IMG/VR virus record: IMGVR_UViG_2671180770_000023
Direction: 5' to 3' (one strand)
Length of the DNA stretch: 10,401 nucleotides
Origin: a virus
Taxonomy: Duplodnaviria; Heunggongvirae; Uroviricota; Caudoviricetes
Of the stretch, positions 1 to 4,855 are shown piece after piece (the first letter of the stretch is position 1; every line of letters begins with the position of its first letter). The notes below the pieces were generated by a model, which made no database searches, was not told the origin of the DNA, and saw only the letters and a program-made list of their open reading frames with translations. Position numbers and translations under genes: made by a program.

Positions 1-183
1 TTACCGCCGCAACCGCTCCGGCTTCTTCCAGTGGTACGTAATTTTTTCCTTCTCCCGATACATCTCAACGCGGCGACGGTAGGCCAGCAACTCAAGAACT
101 CTGGTTCGTATGTTGCGCATATCCACGCCATTAAGCTGGATACCATCACGGCGGATTAATCCCAGTATTTCGGCTTCTGTCAT
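1..183 (-). CDS. Hypothetical small protein (60 aa), basic C-terminus
   Basis: Complete ORF with ATG at 183-181 and stop TAA at 3-1 (window edge). GGGGG SD-like run 4 nt upstream. No family recognised. Confidence 0.4.
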   Translation of the reverse strand: MTEAEILGLIRRDGIQLNGVDMRNIRTRVLELLAYRRRVEMYREKEKITYHWKKPERLRR

Positions 184-216
184 TGTGCCCCCATCGCTCT
201 GATAGTCTGGTGTCGT

Positions 217-430
217 CGGGTCCTTCCTGGAATTATGGCCCGTTACGGGGCGGCGACCTCGCGGTTTTTATCTGTTTATGAAAATTTTTCTGGAAAAAGC
301 ATGTCGGTACTTCTCGAACATAACTATTTGTTTTTAAATAGATACACAATAAAAAGAAACGACACGGTAATCATCTAAAATGGCGATTTATGACGCTTTC
401 ATGTCGTTTCTCAGTTTTGTTCAATAATTG
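217..430 (+). other. Lambda-type cos site, copy A (cosQ-like 217-230, cosN 248-259, cosB-like 260-430)
   Basis: Contains GGGCGGCGACCT followed by CGCGGTTTTT...GTTTATGAAAATTTTTCTGG, which matches my recollection of the lambda left end. The cosB-like part has inverted 8-mers AAACGACA (357-364) and TGTCGTTT (392-399) resembling Nu1 R sites. Upstream CGGGTCCTTCCTGG resembles cosQ. Confidence 0.7.
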
Positions 431-438
431 CGCGTCTG

Positions 439-981
439 TTACTCGCCTTTCTTCTGTAGCAACTTTTCCGGTACGTTTCCGGTTGTTTCTTTCAAGTAAT
501 CAGCCAGTATCTGTGGGAGGTTGTCGGCAACTCTGGCACTGGCATTACAGGCTTTAACCACTTCCCTTTTAAGCCTATCCAGCATGGCGGGGGTAATCTG
601 TGGGAAGCTCCTTTGCATAGTAAGCGGGAGGCTGTCCATGATTGATGAAATCTGACTCGCCAGCTTTGAAAGCGCGTACAGGCAAAACTCAGTATCAATC
701 ACGTCACCGCGATCGCGCTCGTTTTTAAGTTCCTGCGCCTCCGCCTGTGCTGTCAGTAATCTGATCCTGACTCGTAAGAGTTCATCATCATCAATATCGC
801 CTTTGTCGTTTGTAAGCTGGCTAATTGCATTGTTAACCCTATTGTCTATCACGCTGGCAACATCGTAAAACGCCTCACGGCCTTTACGTTCAACGGGAGT
901 CACTCCCCACTTGTCGAACGCTGTCGCACTTACACGGCAGCTTTTCGCCATGTTTTTTTTGTTCATCAGGTGCGATTTCAT
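439..981 (-). CDS. Terminase small subunit, lambda Nu1 family (180 aa)
   Basis: Central and C-terminal region (LLTAQAEAQELKNERDRGDVIDTEFC...MDSLPLTMQRSFP) aligns well with recalled lambda Nu1 (LTRAQADAQELKNARDSAEVVETAFC...LDGLPLSVQRRFP). N-terminal winged-HTH region is more diverged. True start is uncertain (ATG at 981, 966 or 951); none has a clear SD. Confidence 0.8.
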   Translation of the reverse strand: MKSHLMNKKNMAKSCRVSATAFDKWGVTPVERKGREAFYDVASVIDNRVNNAISQLTNDKGDIDDDELLRVRIRLLTAQAEAQELKNERDRGDVIDTEFCLYALSKLASQISSIMDSLPLTMQRSFPQITPAMLDRLKREVVKACNASARVADNLPQILADYLKETTGNVPEKLLQKKGE

Positions 982-982
982 T

Positions 983-1020
983 AATACACCAACTTAATTA
1001 CTGCTTCAGGTTGGTGTATT
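983..1020 (-). promoter_or_regulatory. 11-bp perfect inverted repeat (AATACACCAAC / GTTGGTGTATT, 16-nt loop) abutting the terS-like start codon
   Basis: Arms at 983-993 and 1010-1020. On the minus-strand mRNA the 3' arm ends 1 nt before the AUG at 981, so any SD would sit inside the stem. Confidence 0.4.
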
Positions 1021-1089
1021 GTTTGCATCTTTCCCTTTTCATTCATAAAGATAGAGCAAACAACAAAACCACCACCACCCCCCTGAAAA

Positions 1090-1158
1090 AGCTCATAAAT
1101 AGCGAAAAACCGCGAGGTCGCCGCCCCGTAACGGGTCCATATGCCGGAAAGGACCCGT
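1090..1158 (-). other. Lambda-type cos site, copy B, inverted (cosN on minus strand = 1126-1115; cosQ-like 1158-1144; cosB-equivalent is divergent)
   Basis: Reverse complement of 1105-1135 is identical over 31 bp to 239-269. The cosQ-like ACGGGTCCTTTCCGG lies outward. Sequence between cosN and the terS start has no R-site-like 8-mers and carries a GGT/G-rich run instead. Confidence 0.65.
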
Positions 1159-1182
1159 AAAAAAAAGCCGGATTTCTCCGGC
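1159..1182 (-). terminator. Rho-independent terminator after the capsid operon
   Basis: On the minus strand: GCCGGA-gaaa-TCCGGC hairpin (1182-1167) followed by T8 (1166-1159), 7 nt past the stop of the 137-aa ORF. Confidence 0.6.
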
Positions 1183-1188
1183 CTTGTC

Positions 1189-1602
1189 TCAGATGGTTTT
1201 CAGTATGCGATCGATGTCGCCGTCATCGCCCTGGTTTCTGCCATCGTATGCCATGCCAGCTGATACGGCTTGCGGGCTGTGCATGTCCATAAAGTTTTCA
1301 AAGGCTGCGGTAAGCTCTGGTGCAACCTTCTGGCGTTCCTGCTCTATGGTCATGCTAAGGATGCTTTTAGCCGTACCAACATCGATACAAGGCACGTTTG
1401 CCATTGCACGCAACAGCGGCTGATAGTCTTTATGCTCATGAAGCGCCATAATCGCATCAGCGCGCGGCTTGTCCTGCTCTTCCAGTTTGTTTAGTTGATA
1501 TACGGCCTCATAGGTTGATAAACCTCTGTCAGCCATTGCCCGCGCTTCGGCTTTAAATTTACTCGCCAGCGGTAGCGTCATGATGCTTTCATTCGTTGCC
1601 AT
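1189..1602 (-). CDS. Hypothetical head-module protein (137 aa), acidic C-terminus
   Basis: Tightly packed after the gpD-like gene. GGGGGA SD 3-4 nt upstream of ATG at 1602. No family recognised; any packaging or connector role is inferred from position only. Confidence 0.6.
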   Translation of the reverse strand: MATNESIMTLPLASKFKAEARAMADRGLSTYEAVYQLNKLEEQDKPRADAIMALHEHKDYQPLLRAMANVPCIDVGTAKSILSMTIEQERQKVAPELTAAFENFMDMHSPQAVSAGMAYDGRNQGDDGDIDRILKTI

Positions 1603-1614
1603 CGTTCCCCCTGC

Positions 1615-1950
1615 TTATCGGGCCAGCGGCTGAACGGATACGCCGGAACCCGCAAAGGCGGCGCATTTTTTCGCATCGGTGTCGACGCTCTCAGGCCAGT
1701 TAACGGCGGCAATATTGAATATCCCCGTCTTGTAACACTGTGCTGATTTCTGCTTTGACGTGTCCACAGGGTACGAGGTCAGATAAACAGCCTTGCCAGA
1801 TTCCTTACCATCCCACGGCTTAAACTCGCCATTGTCCGCCAGCATCAGCGGGGTAAATTCCTGAATAAAGCCAGCATCAGCGGCAAAATGTACCAGCGTC
1901 GTGGCGACCTGCTGACTGCCTGCAAATAACTCAATGTATGGAGTGTCCAT
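1615..1950 (-). CDS. Head decoration protein, lambda gpD family (111 aa)
   Basis: TPLMLADNGEFKPWDG...YKTGIFNIAAVNWPESVDTDAKKCAAFAGSGVSV aligns with recalled gpD (TPLMLDTSSRKLVAWDG...[35 protein letters not shown]). GGGGGA SD upstream. Confidence 0.8.
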   Translation of the reverse strand: MDTPYIELFAGSQQVATTLVHFAADAGFIQEFTPLMLADNGEFKPWDGKESGKAVYLTSYPVDTSKQKSAQCYKTGIFNIAAVNWPESVDTDAKKCAAFAGSGVSVQPLAR

Positions 1951-1961
1951 AGAATCCCCCG

Positions 1962-3017
1962 TTAACCAATTTTGACGGTAACAAATTTGCGAATATCTGC
2001 CGGTACCGGCTGCGGTGCACTGTGTGTCTGCACGTACTCAATCGCCGGATCTCCGTCCTCAATCCAGTTTTTCGGGTAGTACATGTTTTGCGTTGCCCCC
2101 GTTCTTACTGCGTCCTGATCCATAATCGCACCATAGGCCACCAGCCCTTTATTGTTGGTGTTGCCCAGGACAAGCAAATCAGGCTCAAGGAAATATTTTT
2201 CTCTGCCGTCACTGTCGGCGTATTTGCCGGAATAGACGATAAGGGCAATATCGCCCAGATAGCCTTTAAAGCTCACCACTTCGCCCAGGTTTTTACATGC
2301 CAGCTCTGCGGCGGACTCTGAACCACGGGAAAGATCGTACAGCTCACGGAATTTTTTAAAGCTGCGTAACGTTCGCCATACCTCAGCGCCCATAATCATG
2401 ACGTTGGCGGGGCAACCTGCCTGATCGGCGTATAGTTCGATATCATAGATTGGATCGTGGATTTCTTTGTCCTGCTCTGACCATTTTTTACCGTCGGCCT
2501 GCTCTATGATGTTTTTTTCCGGTATCTTCCAGTCGATTTCATAGCGCTCTATGCCTTCGCCCTCAATGATGTTTTTTCCGGTCGTTACCGCATTTACCGC
2601 CAGCCATTCCACGCGCGCTTTTATGGCGTTTATCTGGCGGCGCATATTGCCAGTAATCAGGCGCATACGGCGATAGGTAGGGTCGTTAAGCTGTGCCGGA
2701 TCTTCTCCAGCCATGCGCATGATGGTTTTCGTTGGATCGATTTCGTGCTTTGGCTTCATGTAGCCAGGTTTGATTGTGCTGGTTTCGTACCCTTTATCGC
2801 GCTGAACCTGGCTACCCACCATAGGCGAACAAAACGCCGACATGGTGACTTCTTCAATGTCCAGGGTATCCAGCATGATGTTTTGCGTGCTGAATGTCGC
2901 CACGTTCGGGAAAAACAGCGTGGTAAACAGCGGACTGAATTTAAATTCCGCAATATCCCCGCGATTCAGGTACGCAAAAAGCTGGTTAGTGTTAAGTGCC
3001 ATTGCTTTTACTGTCAT
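1962..3017 (-). CDS. Major capsid protein, lambda gpE family (351 aa)
   Basis: FKFSPLF..LFFP...TSTIKPGYMKPKHEIDP...DPTYRRMRL...YPKNW...GDPA matches recalled gpE (FKFDPLF..LFF...TSEFTPGYVKPKHEVNP...DPAYRRRRI...YPKNW...GDPA). ATG at 3017 lies 4 nt after a G10 run on the coding strand. Confidence 0.85.
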   Translation of the reverse strand: MTVKAMALNTNQLFAYLNRGDIAEFKFSPLFTTLFFPNVATFSTQNIMLDTLDIEEVTMSAFCSPMVGSQVQRDKGYETSTIKPGYMKPKHEIDPTKTIMRMAGEDPAQLNDPTYRRMRLITGNMRRQINAIKARVEWLAVNAVTTGKNIIEGEGIERYEIDWKIPEKNIIEQADGKKWSEQDKEIHDPIYDIELYADQAGCPANVMIMGAEVWRTLRSFKKFRELYDLSRGSESAAELACKNLGEVVSFKGYLGDIALIVYSGKYADSDGREKYFLEPDLLVLGNTNNKGLVAYGAIMDQDAVRTGATQNMYYPKNWIEDGDPAIEYVQTHSAPQPVPADIRKFVTVKIG

Positions 3018-3226
3018 TATTCCCCCCCCCCGTGAACCTGATTCATACCCAGCGCCGCGCGTAAATAGGCGCGTACCTGCCAGCCTGTTGACGGCTCAAC
3101 CATCGCCAGCGGGTCAAGTCCTGCCGCAATGCCTGCTTTTACGTTCTGCTGGTGGCGTTCCTTGAGCGCCTTCACGATGTCGGGGCTTATGTACACCGAA
3201 ACACCGCCTTTTTTCTCTTCAGCCAT
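3017..3226 (-). CDS. Hypothetical protein (69 aa) ending ...VHGGGE, encoded through the G10 tract
   Basis: ATG at 3226 with AGAGGA SD about 10 nt upstream. Its stop TAA (3019-3017) shares one base with the capsid ATG. No family recognised. Confidence 0.5.
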   Translation of the reverse strand: MAEEKKGGVSVYISPDIVKALKERHQQNVKAGIAAGLDPLAMVEPSTGWQVRAYLRAALGMNQVHGGGE

Positions 3227-3282
3227 AGTAAGAAATTCCTCTTTGACTTAAAAAATCATAACTGGATGTTCATCCAGTCCTG

Positions 3283-3310
3283 ATTATAATCAGGATTGCA
3301 TTTTGCGCAA
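3283..3310 (-). promoter_or_regulatory. Candidate sigma70 promoter for the 69-aa/capsid/decoration operon, embedded in palindromes
   Basis: Minus-strand TATAAT (forward 3288-3283) with TTGCGC 16 nt upstream (forward 3310-3305). The -10 sits at the centre of an 18-bp perfect palindrome TCCTGATTATAATCAGGA (3278-3295). A second palindrome ACTGGATG-tt-CATCCAGT (3261-3278) lies in the leader. Confidence 0.5.
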
Positions 3311-3385
3311 TGAAATTGAGTTACGTTGCAAATTATGAAATGATTTACGGCAACAGTAGTCACCATGCTGTTAACCTCGTAAGCA

Positions 3386-3427
3386 AAAGCCCGATAAGCT
3401 TCCTCCTGTACTTATCGGGCTTTTTTT
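3386..3427 (+). terminator. Strong hairpin with T7 tract (plus-strand terminator; weaker in minus orientation)
   Basis: GCCCGATAAG (3389-3398) pairs with CTTATCGGGC (3411-3420), loop 12 nt, then T7 (3421-3427). In the minus direction the hairpin is followed by UUUUGCUU. Confidence 0.5.
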
Positions 3428-3433
3428 GGATAC

Positions 3434-3455
3434 AAAAAGCCGGATTTTCTCCGGC
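3434..3455 (-). terminator. Rho-independent terminator after ssb
   Basis: On the minus strand: GCCGGA-gaaaa-TCCGGC hairpin (3455-3439) followed by TTTTT (3438-3434), 8 nt past the ssb stop. Near-identical to the 1159-1182 terminator. Confidence 0.55.
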
Positions 3456-3463
3456 CTGTGCGT

Positions 3464-3874
3464 TCAGAACGGAATATCATCACCGTAGGGGTCATCGTCT
3501 CCCGCTGGTGGCTGATTACCCTGTGTGCCTGTGGTTTTGCGTCTGTTCCCGCCAGGACGTGCCGCACGGGCACTGATTACGCTGTCTGCAATAACCTGAT
3601 AACCCTGCCGCGTTTCCCCGTTCTGTCCGGTCCACTGGCTGACCTGCATCGTGCCGGATACGCTGGCAACGTCGCCTTTTTGATGTTTAGCCAGGAAGTC
3701 GGCCTGCTTACCAAATGCGATGACCGATAGCCATAACGTCGCCTGCCCATCCTGCGCCTGACTACATGGCAACGATACCGCCATACGCGCCAGCGTCATT
3801 GGTGTGCCCTTGCTGGTCTGTTTTACCTGCGGGTCGTCCACTAGCCGCCCGTAAGCGGCTATCTGTGCTGTCAT
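3464..3874 (-). CDS. ssb: Single-stranded DNA-binding protein (136 aa)
   Basis: OB-fold-like N-terminus, Gly/Pro/Gln-rich linker and the canonical acidic tail ...DDDPYGDDIPF. Start ATG overlaps the upstream stop as ATGA (3871-3874). Confidence 0.85.
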   Translation of the reverse strand: MTAQIAAYGRLVDDPQVKQTSKGTPMTLARMAVSLPCSQAQDGQATLWLSVIAFGKQADFLAKHQKGDVASVSGTMQVSQWTGQNGETRQGYQVIADSVISARAARPGGNRRKTTGTQGNQPPAGDDDPYGDDIPF

Positions 3875-4149
3875 GATTCCACCTCTCCGGTTTTAACGTT
3901 GATGGTTGTTACCTGTTCCGCTTCGGCAATCTCCCGCTCTGTCAGCGTGGCAAAATTTGCCGCCGTCGTGGTCATGAATGCGCTTATCAGTTCGGGATGT
4001 GCTTTCGCGTATCCTTCCCCCGCGTGGCGGTCTATCGTTCTGATTGCCACCTTTAAAGCGTGCTCTGTCATGTCTAACGCGCGATATTTCGGTTCTGTTC
4101 TGTCTCTGCGTTTTTTGAGTGATGTATTAAATTTCCCTGAAGTGTGCAT
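3871..4149 (-). CDS. Hypothetical protein (92 aa)
   Basis: ORF immediately downstream of the iteron cluster. GAGGGGG SD about 11 nt upstream of ATG at 4149. Translationally coupled to ssb. No family recognised. Confidence 0.45.
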   Translation of the reverse strand: MHTSGKFNTSLKKRRDRTEPKYRALDMTEHALKVAIRTIDRHAGEGYAKAHPELISAFMTTTAANFATLTEREIAEAEQVTTINVKTGEVES

Positions 4150-4198
4150 ATTTATTTTTACCCCCTCGTTTAAAAAGTTTTGAGTTGTGCCTCCCCTT

Positions 4199-4344
4199 GT
4201 CTACCTTATCTACCTTAGTGGCCCTCATACCAGTAATGGCGCGGCTTTCAGCGGGGTAGAGTGCTTTTATCCAGTATCTACCCCGTGTCTACCTCCCTGT
4301 CTGATTCAGGTAAAATCAGGTAGAGAGGGTAGATAGTGGGTAGA
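4199..4344. repeat. Iteron cluster, putative replication origin
   Basis: Eight copies of a 6-bp core: TCTACC at 4200, 4209, 4277, 4288 and its complement GGTAGA at 4255, 4319, 4328, 4339. Adjacent copies are 9-11 bp apart. AT-rich flanks at 4141-4185 and 4345-4370. Lies directly 3' of the primase gene. Confidence 0.65.
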
Positions 4345-4360
4345 CAGCAATTACAAAAAA

Positions 4361-4855
4361 TTATAAAAACGCGTCGCACTCGTCTGTTGTTATTGCGTTA
4401 GTCTGCGTTACCCCCTTAACTTTCCGCGTAATATATTCATGTCCGTAAACTTTTGCGGCAGGCTTCATAGCCTTGCCAAAGTCATTTACGTTTAGCGGTT
4501 TGCTCCTGCCTGCGTATGCCATAAACGCCAGATAGACGCGGTAAAGGCTGTTCCTGGTCGTGTACTTCACTGAATCGCCACCGCCGCCCATCATCAGGCC
4601 GCGTGCTTCCTCCAGAAAATTCAGGAACTGGCAAAACTCAATAACCGGATCCGTCTGTTGCTTTATTGCCAGAGCTTCATCACCGTCACGCTGTTCCAGT
4701 AGTAAAGCCCGTGCCTTCTCAGGGTCGGTAAAGTTCGCCAGCAATCGGCGGATAATGACAGGGATTTCAGCCGCGATCTTTTCCGGTAGCTCCCTGTCTT
4801 TTTCGGCCTCACTGACGATATTGTCGAAACGGAAAATCACGCGACGACGTGCCAC
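4361..4855 (-). CDS. P4-family primase/helicase, C-terminal segment, out of frame with the upstream segment (164 aa)
   Basis: Begins at a GTG. Sequence (A)RRRVIFRFDNIV...DPVIEFCQFL continues the conserved post-NTPase region expected after ...GVW in this family. Overlaps the upstream ORF by 19 nt in a different frame. Confidence 0.7.
   Translation of the reverse strand: MARRRVIFRFDNIVSEAEKDRELPEKIAAEIPVIIRRLLANFTDPEKARALLLEQRDGDEALAIKQQTDPVIEFCQFLNFLEEARGLMMGGGGDSVKYTTRNSLYRVYLAFMAYAGRSKPLNVNDFGKAMKPAAKVYGHEYITRKVKGVTQTNAITTDECDAFL

Noticed and set aside
492-698. 68-aa alternative-frame ORF inside the terS-like gene
   Set aside because: It is fully nested in a different frame of a homology-supported gene.
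2022-3165. Plus-strand ORFs (99, 96 and 107 aa) and a minus-strand 65-aa ORF inside the capsid gene
   Set aside because: They are embedded in or antisense to the gpE-like gene, which has strong homology support, and have no independent signals.
3310-3730. Plus-strand ORFs of 88 and 90 aa
   Set aside because: They span two terminator hairpins and run antisense to ssb, so they are unlikely to be coding.
4199-4344. Possible CRISPR array suggested by the short repeats
   Set aside because: The repeats are only 6-7 bp, occur in both orientations and have no regular spacer lengths. They fit iterons, not CRISPR.
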